Assembly (NCBI GenBank): GCA_951406725.2
Contig: OX597828.1
Span: 65,348,001 to 65,412,000, forward strand
Length of the DNA stretch: 64,000 nt
Source of the DNA: Octopus vulgaris
Lineage: Eukaryota
Reading direction: 5' to 3'
Part shown: one piece after another, positions 1-13,949 of the stretch
Numbering within the stretch: position 1 is the first letter of the stretch
How the letters are laid out: every line of letters begins with the position of its first letter
The notes under the pieces: generated by a model
Told to the model about the DNA's origin: nothing
Seen by the model: the letters and a program-made list of their open reading frames with translations, nothing else
Databases searched by the model: none
Program-made: the position numbers and the translations under genes

Positions 1-3000
1 AAATAAACTTAGTTTTCTATGCGCAGGTTACCCAACAATGAACAATATTTTGAACAGTTAATATCTGAAGAGAATTAAAGGAATTTTTTTTTATTTGATT
101 CAGTGTTACCTAATTAAGTTAGGCCATTTTGAATACATTATGAAATGTTGACGTCCAAATTTGAGAAAAATAGATTATTCCATACTGGAAAGCGAGTATT
201 TGCAATTTTCAAATTGGCTTGAAATAAACAAATTTTAATTCAGTATTCCTTGTGTTTGTTTGAGAAGAGAGATAATGGAAATCGATCTTTAACACTTTAC
301 CTGGATAACTGTGCCTTATCAAAATCTGAATTGGCATATTATCATATAAAAGCGCTACGTATATTTCAAGTATTCTCTATTTCCATCATCTTATTTTGTT
401 CTTCTACTTGCAGTTGCCATTTTCTTCTTCTTGTCATTATTATATTATAATTGTTGCAGTATTGCGTGAGTAAACCACCAAACTTAGATCCCATTAACGT
501 TTGACTGGAGTTTTCTGAGCCGGATTAAACCTCTTCTTCTTGCAAAGAGCTTGCCAATGGCAGACATTTAACTCCGCACAGCAAATGCTTGTTAGTTACA
601 GTGTCTCTGCTGTTTACTACATTAAACTGCAAACCAGCTGTACACATTTTATCTGGAAAACAGTATTAGTCTTGCAAATGTTTGGTTCTGTTTATTCCAA
701 TGACAAAACACCCGACGCCGCTGGCTGTAATTATTGTTGTTGCTATGCTTCTGACTATGGAATTTGTTGTAGCTGTTTTTGATATTTTCTTTTTCTTTTT
801 ATTTCTGTTGTTGTTATTGCTAATTCTACGCACGCCTCCATGCATCCATTGTGTCACAAAGCTAACAATATATTACAACTGCCATATTTTGATTTCGTGT
901 TTAATTTTCATAAATAATTTTCTTAAAAGAAAACAAAAGACATGTTGCCTTCCTTTTTTTATTTATTTTCTCTGTTAAAATTCTACAACCTCGAATACAT
1001 TGGATGACAATAAATATCTTCTCTTTTTAATCCAGACTATTAAACTCAAGTTCATCGGTTGTTGGTTCGGACGCTACCGCCAATGTTTAACTGTATCTAT
1101 GACCAATTAATTCCATTCTTAATTGTTGCAACATGCGGTTAGTTCAAAGACAGCATTGAAAAATTGATGAGTCTTCCAGTGATTTGCAGTATTCAATTTA
1201 ATTTCTGACTTATGTGTGACCAATAAGGGTGGATCCCACTGGACTCATTCCTTCATGATTTATCACTGATTAATAGCTCTTTCTGCTCATAAAAATTCAA
1301 ATAATGAACTCTAAAACATGCTTATTGTCGATTAACCTAAGTTCTATAATAATCCCCATGCATATACTTTCCATAAACATGCATATGTATTATATAAGCA
1401 GATACAGATAGATGAAATAAACGCATGCGCATATACGACATATACACACAAATGTATCACATAAACCCATACACACATCTCATGCACACAAACAAATTCA
1501 CATATTTCAAAGTTATCAGATGAAGAAACACTTTATCTTCCAAAGAGTAATATTTTAACACAGTTTCAATATTTCTTGCAGGCAATCTCTTACAAATTTC
1601 ATGCAAGGAAAATGGATATCTGTTTACTTTAGAGATTCAGATTGGAATTCAATGAAATCGTTCTCGAATTTCACCCTTCGTGGTACCCGGCTTTACAGGT
1701 AAATGGGTTCTTTAACACCTAACCTGTAACTAGTTCTTTTGCTATTTTCACTAAAAGAGAATTTTTCTTCTGTATTACTTCCTGGCTTGTATTTACAGTA
1801 ATTGTCAATATTTATTGAGAACAGTTTTTCTTTTTCTGTAACCAAATTCTTTCTAGCAATTTCGATTACAACTGAACTGATGAACACATTTCTTTTACTT
1901 CCCCTATCCTTTCTAACCCTTTCTATCCCTTTCTGTCCCTTATTATAGTCTATCAGTATCATCAAGACTGAACTAGTAATGCTGTTACGATTATACGTAA
2001 AATTATGTTAAGGCTGCTGTATTTTAGTTATGAATCCTTTATATAACATTCGATAGACGTTTTCATTGTCTTTAAATGGACAGCATCATTTCAAACCTGA
2101 TTATCATACATCTCAAAATATTTTGAAGAGAAAATATTCTGTTGGATACACAGCAAGAATATGATATACATTTTTTAATGTTGCTTTTCAGTGACAGTGT
2201 AATTTATTTATAGCCATTTCATTCGGTGTGCCAAGTTATTTGCTATTGATTTCTTTCCAGGAAATAGTTAACTGATTTGGTGTTATTACAACTGCTTGCT
2301 GTTATTACTACCACTCTGCGTTTTCCTTTAAAACATTTTTATATGTAGGAATTTGATTAATAACATTTTTCCCTGTGAAATTGCAGGTACGTGTTGCTTT
2401 TGTGGGGATTTTAACAACTACCTTTATATATTCTTGATAGTGATACATCATTAAGAAATTCTCCAGAGAGAGTTCATTCCAATTTAATTTCACATCTCTT
2501 GACGGTCGACTTTGAGTCATAAATTATTCTGCTTAATATTTCATTTAACAGTGTGTAAACGTCATAATATTGTACATTTGAATTTCCTGAGACCAAATTA
2601 CTATTGTATGACTGGTATGGTTGACAACCAAGTATTCTGGAAATATCTAATATTTATAACTATTTGTATTATTTTGCTTTACCATTTATTACAAATCCAT
2701 CCAATGCGGTTGCTACCTTGAATGTGTTAAGGGGTTTCATAAATTTGCCATTAAGCCACCATTTTACGGTCTTTTAATCCTAATGATTTATTAATACCTT
2801 AATTTTATTATATATCCTTCGCGCTCATTATTTTCCTTCGTGCTCTGTCGCAGTTGACATTATTTTTCTTATATTATAGAAAAATTATTTCTCTAACTCG
2901 CTTCTCTCTCTCTCTCTCTCTCTCTCGCTCTCTCGCTCTTTCTAACCCAACACCTAAAAATTGCCAATATCCATAATCTTATTTGTCTTGATGGCATTTC

Positions 3001-3531
3001 AATGACATCAATAAAATATTTATCAACGTTGCAAATACTTTCAAACTTTCAACCATTTATTTATTTACCTATTTCATATCACAGTTTCTGAACTGGTAGC
3101 TGTTCTGTTGGTTACAGACATTGAACAATAACCTTGTTGGTTATTATTGTCCAAGACGTTCTTTTCTCATTCTCTGCAGTTTCTACGATCAAGGTAACAA
3201 GGAAGTGTCTGTATAACATCGAGTAAAACTAACAACAGAAGACTCCAATCCAAGATAACCAGCTTTTCAGAGGTTTCTTTTTTTTTTTTTTTTTTTTTGC
3301 TGATGTATACATCGTTCGGTGATAGATGGATAGATGGATGGATGGATGGATGATAGATAGATAGATAGCTAAATAGATAGATTTTAATTCATGAAGGCAT
3401 AACCAACTTTATACGAATTTATATTCATATATTTATAACTTTGTAAAATAAATAATATTAATTCATCTCCCTTAAAAGAGAGTAATTCCCTCCCCTGAGA
3501 TATGGGTGGTATCGCAATTAATTTCAGTTTG

Positions 3532-3720
3532 CTAGCCAGAGCGAGATAACTCTTGAACTGAAATATTTCGAAATCTTAGAAACCACCTCTGGCACACACG
3601 TGCCGTAACAGCTTCCTCTTTGTACACAGCGCATATCTTCCTGCGGGTTTCGCTGCTTTCTTGCCATTTTAAAAATATAAAAGCACATGATGTCGAAAAT
3701 GTTTCGTTTTGGGTTTCCAT
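3532..3720 (-). mobile_element. Mariner transposase N-terminal HTH fragment
   Basis: METQNETF(RHH)..KICAVYKEEAVTARVCQRWFLRFR..SRSG matches the mariner N-terminus (ICAVYG..CQxWFxKFR..RSGRP). Frameshifted. Confidence 0.85.
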
Positions 3721-3994
3721 TTTCAAGTTGGTCCCAAACACATAATAAAAGCTGTCTCATCAGAGAGTTTAACTACGATTTTTTATTCTATATAAAATAA
3801 TGTCACATTGACTAATTTCTTTTTCTTCTGATTCGTAAAAATTTCCACATGGTTAGACGCATCGGTAACCTTCCCATACATAGAACTATCTGGGCATAAT
3901 ATATGTGTATTCCAGTCTTCTTAACACCAGTTAAAGAATCCTTTGAAAGATTTCCTTGCAACCGATGCGATCACATTTCACATTCTTCTTTCAC

Positions 3995-4064
3995 TGTTTT
4001 CTTTATCCGGATAATTTTGTTTTCTTTATCCGGATAATGTTTTCTTTATCCGGAGAATTTTGTT
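3995..4064. repeat. Tandem triplication of a ~21-bp unit
   Basis: TGTTTTCTTTATCCGGA(T/G)AAT x3. Confidence 0.9.
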
Positions 4065-4349
4065 GATAAGGAGTTGACCAATTTTCTAATAAGAATTTCG
4101 TTAAATTCGTTTTGCTTTACACATGTTAATTGATTTTCTCTGTGCGTTGTACAATTAGATTTTATAATATTGAATAACATTTTAGACAGATGTTTATGGA
4201 TTACTGGTTAGTAGTAAGTTAAAGGCATCTTCTATTGATCTTTTCTTAGAGTTTCTTAAGTTATATGTTATGTATAAACTTGTTCTAGACTGATCAGAAA
4301 TCTATTGAAAATGTTGTTACCTGGTTGTTGTAAGAGATTTACTGATGAT

Positions 4350-5040
4350 TCAAATTTTTCGGAGGAGGGGACGAGTCGTTTACATCGACCTCAATGTTAA
4401 ACTAGTACTTATTTTATCGATCTAGAGAGGAATTAGAGGCAAAATCGACCTCGACGGAATTTGAACTTAGGACGTAAGGACGGACGAAATACCTATTTCT
4501 TTACTACCTACAAGGGGCTAAACACAGAGAGGACAAACAAGGACATACAAATGGGTTAAGTCGCCTCAGTGTTAAACTAGTACTTATTTTATCGATCTCG
4601 AGAGGAATTAGAGGCAAAATCGACCTCGACGGAATTTGAACTTAGGATGTAAGGACGGACGAAATACCTATTTCTTTACTACCTACAAGGGGCTAAACAC
4701 AGCGAGGACAAATGTATTAAGTTGACCCTGGTGTGTAACTGGTACTTATTTAATCGACCCCGAAAGGATGAAAGGCAAAGTCGACCTCGGTGGAATTTGA
4801 ACTCAGAACGTAGCAGCAGGCAAAATACCTGTTTCTTTATTGCCCACAAGGGGTTAAACATAGAGGGGACAAACAAGGACAGGCAAAGGGATTAAGTCGA
4901 TTACATCGACCCCAGTGCGTAACTGGTACTTAATTTATCGACTCCGAAAGGATGAAAGGCAAAGTCGACCTCGGCAGAATTTGAACTCAGAACGTAGAGG
5001 CAGGCGAAATACCACTAATCATTTCTCCCGGCGTGCTCAC
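4350..5040 (-). mobile_element. SINE family A tandem array (~4 units)
   Basis: Repeated GTCGACCTCGGCGGAATTTGAACTCAGAACG and CAAGGGGCTAAACACAG blocks; tRNA-like head at the right end. Confidence 0.9.
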
Positions 5041-5511
5041 TAGTTTGTCATCCTGTCATCTTATTCTTTGTATTAATATCATTTCCAAACTGCTTTACAA
5101 TATGAATTGCTTACGTATTATCATCTGACGAAAATAGATTTTTAAAGTATAGTCAGCTACTCTTCAATTAGTTTCTTTTCTTCCTCTCTCTAAAATGTTA
5201 TAAAATATTTTATATAAAGTAATAGTTTTTAATCTGCCACTTTAGCTACTTCTTTTGCGTCTCTTTATATCGTATTGTTATGGAAATGATGCGGGTTTCG
5301 TTCTAAGAATTTTCCAATGTCATCTGAGTGGTTCTATTAATTTCTTTAGGGGATGCATAATTTTTGTTCTTTTATGATTAACTAATTCCTTATAGCGTAA
5401 TATTACATTCTAACTCGTTAAAATAAGTCGGAATGACCGTAGTCATTTAAGAACGCAGCCTGTTTATTTTAGTATCAATGTCTTTCCTACTGAATCATTT
5501 TAGGAAAGGCG

Positions 5512-5740
5512 AAGGCGGCGAGCTGGCAGAACCGTTAGCACGCCGGGCGAAATGCGTAGCTGTATTTCGTCTGCTGTTACGTTGAGTTCAAATTCCGCCG
5601 AGGTCGACTTTGCCATTCATCCTTTCGGGGTCGATAAATTAAGTACCAGTTATGCACTGGGGTCAATGTAATCGACTTAATTCTTTTGTCTGTACTTTTT
5701 TGTCCCCTCTGTTTAGCCTCTTGTGGGTAATAAAGAAACA
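5512..5740 (+). mobile_element. SINE family A, full copy
   Basis: Head AAGGCGGCGAGCTGGCAGAA, B-box-like GAGTTCAAATTCC, central CCATTCATCCTTTCGGGGTCGATAAA, tail TTGTGGGTAATAAAGAAA. Confidence 0.9.
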
Positions 5741-5744
5741 TATT

Positions 5745-6060
5745 ATGAAAGGCGCTTGGCTTTGTTAACAGGGTATTCGGCTCACGGTCGTGAGTTCGAC
5801 TCTCGGCGGCGCGTTGTGTCCCTTGAGCTAAACATTTTATTTCACGTTACTCCAATCCACTCAGCTGGTAAAACGAGTTGTAGCTTACCATTCAAGGGAC
5901 CACCCTTATCACATTCTGCGTTACACTGAATCTCTCTGAGAGCTACTTTGTGGGTACACGTGTTTGTGGAATCCTCAGCCACTTACACATTAATTTCACC
6001 AGTATACTGTTCCATTGATCGGATCAACTGGAACACTCGTCGTCGTAACCGACGGATTGC
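5745..6060 (+). mobile_element. SINE family C-related, degraded
   Basis: tRNA-like head; tail ..GGATCAACTGGAAC..CGTAACCGACGG shared with the copy at 13533-13902. Confidence 0.75.
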
Positions 6061-7146
6061 TGGTTACTAATCATTTTATGGATGAAATTCTCATTAGGTG
6101 ATTTTGCTTCCTATTCTGGCGATTTCGATGAAATAGGAATAATTGATATACTGGTTAATCAACCATATCCTCTTAGACACAGCACCGAAGAAAATAATAT
6201 TCTTTTAAGGATATTTATAACTTATGTAAAATTTCACAAATAAAATTAAATAATAGAATGTTTTCTTGTGATGTCTCATTCTCTTACTGCATTTGGGTTT
6301 ATGAGACAGCCGTAATTTGACTTTTTGTATGGAATTTTAAGCGAATGTCTTTTCCTATAACCTCGGATCCACTGAAGTTTTGTGAGTGATATTCGATTGA
6401 CCGAAACTTTGCGAAAATTCCTTGTTTGTTTTTTACCGATAATTGAGAATTATGCTAATGTTGCATGTATCTGTGGAATGCTCAGTAACCTATACACTAA
6501 TTCTTCTGACTGAAAACTGAATTTTCATCATCGAATCAGAATGAGAATCCATCATTGTTACCTTGTCAAGAACAGACAGCAACAACTTTCTTCGAGGAAA
6601 TAACTTATTTGTGGGCCGTCTCCTCGAGCTTTTCTTTAAATGGTCAGCCTAATTTTTGCCTAAAAAAAAAAAACTGAGAAAAAAATTATATTTAATCTAT
6701 GTCTATCGCTTATATATTAGTGTTTTCATATAACATCCGTCCAGTGTAAACATGCGTAACTGAAGTATTATATATTTCGAAAAAATGTTCTTTCCAAATT
6801 ATTCGCCATTTGTCTTTTACAGGCTGTAGACGATCGAGATAATGAATTATATAGAATAGTTACTACAAGAGAAATTAGAATAAAATAAGTCATCTTTTCT
6901 TGTTCAATTATAAAACTGATATGACATTGAATTTGACATTTGTCGTCAGTGTGACATTTATAGTTAAAGCTTGTTTATTTCATTTTTTGGTTGGTGTTGG
7001 TGGATTTTCCCTCTGATATATACTCTTATACATTTTCATCTTCCGATCACTGACATTAACATAAGTACAAGTAGTATATAGATGACGGGTCAATAGAATC
7101 AGTTGAATGCACAGCCATCATTTTCAGATAACTTTCCATGAAATGG

Positions 7147-7190
<44 letters not shown>

Positions 7191-7329
7191 AAAAAGAAAA
7201 AAAAGAAAAAATAGCCAACATCGCAAAACTGTTTGAATCAGCCCTCTCTCACTTCAAATATCGCAAAGGAACATGAACACAGTTATAAACAAGGTCTTTA
7301 TTCGTTCCTCCTTCTTCTTCTTTTCTTTT

Positions 7330-8149
7330 CAGTAACCGTTGGTATACCAAACACAAAGCCTGATCTCTCAAAGTTTTTGTAATCTATCGCACATACAAGC
7401 GATTTCTCTGTAGATTGACTGAATACTTTGCTCTCCTACCTTACACAGCACTGGTATACTGATATTGAGAACTTCGACGAAAGCAAGATTGCTGCCATAC
7501 ATATTAGTAATACTTTCGTTTATGCCTATCCACCTTGTTAGGCTTCTCTCCCTCTTTGGCCGCTTGCTCCCGGACTCCTCGAATGCAGCGTATAATGATA
7601 CTTTTCTTTCTGGTCCACTTCCTGTAAACACCAGCTTGATCACTTCACCCATTATATTCTTATTTCTTTACTACCCACAAGGGGCTAAACACAGAGGGGA
7701 CAAACAAGGACAAACAAAGGGATTAAGTCGATTACATCGACCCCAGGGCGTAACTGGTACTTAAATTATCGACCCCCAAAAGGATGAAAGACAAAGTCGA
7801 CCTCGGCGGAATTTGAACTCAGAACGTAACGACGGATGAAATGTTGTTAAGCATTTTACCCGGCGTGCTAACAATTCTGCCAGCTCGCCGCCTTATAATT
7901 CACCCATTATATTCTATTTGCACAGTAAGTACGTACCCACATTTACTTCTAGTTACATTGCGTGCATTGAAGTCGATAATGTCCTTCGTTACTCCATAAT
8001 CAACGATTCAGAAAAGCTATCTACACAACATGGAAATATTGTCACCTTCTCTCAGTTTTTTAGGAAGGCAGATCCTTCAATGTGGACATGATAGCCTTGT
8101 CAGATGTCATTCAATGTTGACATGACAGTCTTGTTTCTTTCAACATCAC
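7330..8149 (-). pseudogene. Copy 1 exon relic, vWD-like, interrupted by a SINE
   Basis: After removing the SINE (7661-7894, 17-bp TSD) one frame reads IIDFNARNVTRSKCGYVLTV..YSVNLQRNRLYVR*ITKTLRDQALCL. This loosely resembles vWD C-x-YVL and RxYV..GLCG; frame choice is ambiguous. Confidence 0.35.
7661..7894 (-). mobile_element. SINE family A with 17-bp TSD
   Basis: TSD TTCACCCATTATATTCT at 7644-7660 and 7899-7915. Confidence 0.95.
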
Positions 8150-8159
8150 TAAGACAATA

Positions 8160-9560
8160 ACTACTCATATCAAGAAACATATAAAGAAAGAATTCAATTT
8201 GAATCACAAAGAAATCGATACAAACAAAAACAAAAACAGAGACTAAAGTATCTAATTACACTGAGTGGAAAGAACAAACGAGAATGTTCGATGAAAATGT
8301 TCAATGTTTAAGACAGAGGTCCATTGTGAAAAACGGAAAAGAAGAAAGGGGGAAAATATGTTAAAAGAAAGAAACAAATATTGTTTATTTTATCAATGCA
8401 GCATTGTGAATAAAATAACGTAAATGAGTAGAAGAACAAAGAACAAAAGTAGATTAGTGTTTTGCAACGAAACGAGTGAGAAAGGAAGAAATAAGGGAGG
8501 TAAGAACAGGAAATTTTAAGAAGCAAGTATATGAGAATATAATCTATGCATGTGTGTATGACGGCAAGTAGATGCAAATATGTGTTGTGAGTTTGGGTAT
8601 ATGTCCTGGAGAATAAACGTTTATGTGGTGTTTGTGTGGGTGAACAGCGCATAATGGTTGTTGTTGTTGTTAAGCAACAAGACGGGTAAGGGTGATTAGG
8701 TGATGGTCTAGGGCTTAGGGGCGGGAGACCCCAGACCTTGGAAAAAAAAATTTGGTCGTCTTGTTGTAGTCGAGGGCTCTTCGTTGACACCCGATACCAC
8801 TGGGAAGTGGCCCTCGAAGTCGCTGGAAATGGAGATCTCCAGGTCCAAATTCTTGAACGGCAGCGCATATTGGTGTGTGTTATGGTATATGGGTAATAGG
8901 CGGGGGTATGGGAGGTAGATAAGTAGTGCAGTGCATGTGAGTGTGTCTAGAGATAGAGGATTGACACGTACATTAGGGTTGTTATCAGGGTTTATGGGTG
9001 GTAATTGTGAGAAGAAAGTGATGTTTTCAGAGAAAGGCATTTCGATTATACTCCCAACTGGATTAGAGATTTTTAACCAGAAAATTGTTGTTCGCGATTC
9101 CATCGAGGAAAGGGAGATTTATGGAGTGGTGCAATGTTGCAAACAGTGAAATCCATGAAGTGTGACTACGAAATCTGAAATTATGGGCTACTGTTCTTAG
9201 TGATCCGATGATTTTTAAGTCAGGTGCCTAACAAGTATTTCTTAAAATGATCAGCTACTTGTCAACTAGTTTCCGCAATATGTCGCATAGTATGGGGTTT
9301 TATGCCATAAGTGATGTTTTGGGAGATACAAGTGAAACGGCCGATGAAATGGAAGGATGTGCTACGTCGGACAAGTATACAAAGGAGGAGGCGTCGAAGC
9401 AGAATCAGGAACTGGCAAATGAAGGAAGTTGCTTGTGATGAGGAATGAAGAAACTGTGAACCAGTTCACGCAGATTGTAGATGTGTCTGAAGAAAGGGAG
9501 TGGATACGAAAGAAAGTAGGAGGTGATAGGGTTGGAACGGAATAAACAGAAGTTCAGTGA
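8160..9560 (-). mobile_element. Penelope-like element, degraded GIY-YIG region and 3' UTR
   Basis: FRHIYNLRELVHS, FTCISQNITYGI, HIAETS*QVADHF, IFWLKISNPVG correspond to PLE linker and GIY-YIG C-terminal motifs. Confidence 0.7.
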
Positions 9561-10129
9561 AATGGTGATTGCTTTGGATTTTTTTCTATTTTGTTATTTA
9601 CATTTCTTGTGTCTTGGCTTCAACTTTCCATTACCACTCAAACTACCCAAAATCATTACTAGAAATACATTTGAAAATAATATATAGACTTCTATAACAC
9701 TATGAATCCTTGCGCATAAAAAAAGCATGCAGGTGAAACTGTCAAACTCTCTCATCCCCACAATGTCTAGTGTATATATAATAGACAGCAGATAAACGGC
9801 CGCTTCTTAATTCGTAATTATTAATTCATACCTTCATCTTCATAATTCATAATTATTAATTCATAACTTCATCTTCAACAGTATATTTATCAGAATTATA
9901 AACGTTTAAGTTAAACAAGTATACAATGCTCTCAAAGAGTAGAACCAGTTTGTTCATAATTATAAAGCAGTGTAATTCTGCTTTCTTTTCATCAAATACA
10001 AAGGTGCTATATTTTAGATGAGGCAAATTGGCAGTCTTGAGCTGTAATCAATAAGTAATATCATATCTAGGAATCGAATTCAAAAAGACGGCGCTTCTTC
10101 CCTGGTGTTTGCCACCGCTTAGTGAAATA

Positions 10130-10500
10130 CTAATATTGATCATCGGCACGAGGTCAAGCCCAGAACTGGTTCGAGATTTATTTTATTAACACCAGAATTA
10201 TTAAATATTTAGTGAACCTCGCTGACATTTGAACTCAGAACATAAAAGGGAGCAACTTAATACTACAAGACATATTTCCAATTATCTTTCTGAAATAGTA
10301 ATACTGGTTTCAAATTTTGGCACCGGAACAGAAATTTCGATTATATCGACCCCTGTGCTCAACATGCAATTATTTTATCGTCACAAAAGGATCAGAAGCA
10401 AAGTCAACATCAGCGGAATTTGAACTCCGAACATGTAGACGGACGAAATGCCGCTCAGCATTTCGCCCGGCACGCTAACCATATTGCCAGATCACCGCCT
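10130..10500 (-). mobile_element. Degraded SINE family A copies
   Basis: TTTGAACTC..GGACGAAATG..TTCGCCCGGC blocks. Confidence 0.75.
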
Positions 10501-10854
10501 TCTGAAATACTAATGTTGATTTCTTTCAACTGCCACAAAGTCGTAAAGCAAAACTATTGGAAAAAAGCTAGCGAATGTCAGAAACAAACAAGACATTATA
10601 TAAATACAACAGAATAAGAATGTTGAATATATAACAGACAAAGCCTTACGGTTATATACAACAGAAGGACTTCAAATTTTTGGTCATTTAAGCCATCGTC
10701 CAATGCATATATTTTACATTAAGCTTCCTCTTCTAAGCTGAGGTAACTGTGATTCTGCATAGAAAGGTTTTAATCTAATTTCATACTTTAATACGTTCAA
10801 ATTTCGCCGGGTTCTACTTTGTTTTTCATCAAACCACTTGTAACCTGTACTAAG

Positions 10855-11103
10855 AAGTTTCCTTCTCGAGCCATACTGACTCATAAGGGCCGGTTTCCCA
10901 GTTTCCGTGGCGTATATATTTCCCACCTACGCGGGACGCCGCTCCGTCGCAGGATTACTCATTTTTGCCAGCTGAGCGGACTGGAGCAACATGAAATGAA
11001 GACTTCTGCTCAAGAACATAACACGTCTCCCGGTTCAGGAATCGAAACCCCAATCTTATGATCATGAGTCTAAAACACTAACCACAAAACCACGTGCCTC
11101 CAC
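10855..11103 (-). mobile_element. tRNA-head SINE with a tail like that at 33130-33225
   Basis: Reverse complement gives head GTGGAGGCACGTGG..TTCGATTCC and tail GGAAACCGGCCCTTATGAG..GGCTCGAGAAGGAA. Confidence 0.8.
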
Positions 11104-11460
11104 CATAACATGTACTGAAGAAATATATGAACAAAAGACACTTTTCTGGGAACATTTGGCTCTTTGTCCAGTGGAGAAGAATATTTCTTAATTTATCATA
11201 TGTGAGAAGTAACGAAGAAACAAACATCAAACGAATCATATCTACATCAGGGTTTTGAAACTCGTTTGAATATCCCACGCTTTATGTGTGTTGCTAATGC
11301 TCTCGGTATAAAATCATAAAACTCCCTTTCCTTTCTTTTGTAGCAAATACGACATCTGAAGCCCGTCAATAGCGCTACTGTTTAACAATGAAGTGAATTT
11401 AGTGCGAAACAAAATGAAAACAAACTCACACATATACACATATTGTGTATATGTATGTAG

Positions 11461-11510
<50 letters not shown>

Positions 11511-12135
11511 ATGTGTGTGTTTGTGTGTGTAAAGACAGTCTTTTCTACATACAGGCGAGTGTATGTATGTATGTATGTGGTGGGGTGGGGAAAAGACAGA
11601 AAATTATAAAATTGCAGATGTATGTATGGTCGACTGATGTAGCTACCGTTAGCCAAGTATAATTAAGAAAGCGACTGACATTTGGTTACCAAAGTAACAT
11701 CATTAAGGTTTGGGTGGCTAAGGAAACAAATCATTAAACAAACTATAGCCTTGAAGTGAACAGTTAGTAATTACTGGGCTGCTGGATTATTGAAATATGG
11801 AAGCACTGAACGGAAAGTAGCTATGTTAGACGTTAGAAGAAAGCAGAGGAGGAGCGCATTACACAGTTGGACGGAAACCAGAAAGAAACACGGAAAGTTA
11901 TACATAGAAGTGGTTATATGTATCCATACAGTCACAGACCTAAACACATATATATCTGCGTTCACGATGTACTAATAAAGCGTAAATGTGAAATAATCGA
12001 CCGACTGGACTAAATATCACAATTCTATTGCACGTTTGTAACAATACCATTATATTCAACGGTAATTTTGCGTACACTTCACTCTAGCGAAAATTTCATT
12101 TCCTGCTGCTGTATTTTCAAATGTGTAAATTCATA

Positions 12136-12171
<36 letters not shown>

Positions 12172-12323
12172 AATTATATACGTCTTTATTATTTTCTAGC
12201 AATTTACTTAATCATCGGTATATTATTGTTACTTTAATTTTAATATTTCTATTATATGTAATTTTCTAGATGGTGTAATTTAATTGTTCATTTTGAGTTG
12301 ATAAAAGGTATTTTTTTCTAATT

Positions 12324-12385
<62 letters not shown>

Positions 12386-12669
12386 ATTGTGTGAAATTTG
12401 ATTTAGTATTTATAAATTGAATTTTTCCCTGTAAGTTAGGATTATTATTCCCTCAAATAATTATATATATATATATATATATATAAACCAAAACAAAAAA
12501 ATGGAACAAGAACGTAACAAGCGACCCCAAAACATTCAGACAGTTAGACGTTTCAAAAATAGGACAGGAAAAAACAAGGACGGATCAGTTGGAGATTCCA
12601 ATCATCAGTCGAGAAGCAGATCATCTTTGCAGTTTCGGCGTACACGTTTGGTCTCCTATATATATATAT

Positions 12670-12890
12670 ATATTCTTTTATTCGTTTCAGTCATGTGACT
12701 CGAGCACCGCTTTTAGTCGAGCAAATCCACTCCAGAACTTATGCCTTGTAAGCCTAGTACTTATTCTATCGGTCTCTTTTGTCGTACCACCAAGTTACGG
12801 GAACGTAAACACACCAGCATCGATTGTCAAGTGATGTTGGGGGGGGGGGACAAACACAGACATACAAACACACACACACACACACATACA

Positions 12891-12933
<43 letters not shown>

Positions 12934-13435
12934 GACTGGCTTCGGATCTAGTATTTAAGCTCCCTTTAATTTTGCTCAGATAGCTTTCAATTTTGGTGTA
13001 TCGATGCAATTTTGATTACGATCAACCAATTACTTTATCTCTAATTTCAAAGTATCTGATGTTATTTGGCATTAAAGTCTAGAAATGTGGGTATTTTAGC
13101 CAATCAACAGACAGCGTGGCGTTAACAGCTTGTCACCATGACAACTGCACTATCTGTCGTGGTTCACTGTTGTCTGTGCCGCTGTTGTCTATGTTGATTT
13201 CACTCGCGTATTTTGTTTTAATTTTTCTGTGTAAGTATATTACATATGTTTCTGTGCTTCTTTCTGTGTGTTAGATCCCGGGCTTCTTTCAGTTTCCGTC
13301 TATCAAATCGCAAGGCTTTGGTCGGCCCGAGGATACAGTAGAAGACACTTGCCCAAGATGTCACGCAGTAGTATTGAACCGAGAACCATGTTGTTGGTAA
13401 GCAAACTACTTACCACACAGCCACTCCTCCGCACG
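12670..13435 (-). mobile_element. SINE family B (internal microsatellite), split
   Basis: Tail at 12670-12945 and head at 13279-13435, separated by unrelated sequence. Confidence 0.8.
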
Positions 13436-13532
13436 CCCATATATATATATATATCAAATATGTATGTGTATATGTGTGTGTATGTGTGTGTGTATCAACT
13501 ATGGAAGTGTATACATATACATGTATATGGAA

Positions 13533-13902
13533 GCACTCTTCGGTTACGACGATGAGGGTTCCGAATCAACGGAACAGCCTGCTCGTGAAATTAACGTGTA
13601 AGTGGCCGAGCACTCCACAGACAAGTGTACCCTTAACGTAGTTCTCGGGGATATTCAGCGTGACACAGAGAGTGACAAGGCCGGCCCTTTGAAATACAGG
13701 TACAACAGAAACAGGAAGAAAGAGTGAGAGAAAGTTGTGGTGAAAGAGTACAGCAGGGATCACCACCATCCCCTGCCGGAGCCTCGTGGAGCTTTAGGTG
13801 TTTTCGCTCAATAAACACTCACAACGCCCGGTCTGGGAATCGAAACCGCGATCCTACGACCGCGAGTCCGTTGCCCTAACCTCTGGGCCATTGCGCCTCC
13901 AC
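13533..13902 (-). mobile_element. SINE family C, full copy
   Basis: Reverse-complement head GTGGAGGCGCAATGGCCCAG..GGTTTCGATTCCCAGACC. Possible low-complexity TSD ATACATGTATAT (13517-13528 / 13903-13914). Confidence 0.9.
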
Positions 13903-13949
13903 ATACATGTATATACATGTATATAACACACAAATATATTGATATATAT

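Noticed and set aside
7368-7652. 94-aa track ORF as an intact gene
   Set aside because: It is truncated by a SINE with TSD and has upstream in-frame stops. An alternative frame fits the vWD-like pattern, so it is treated as a pseudogene relic.
12580-12650. CTGATGA and CGAAAC on the minus strand as a hammerhead
   Set aside because: The motifs are in the wrong order for type I and I could not build the stems; at most a truncated remnant.
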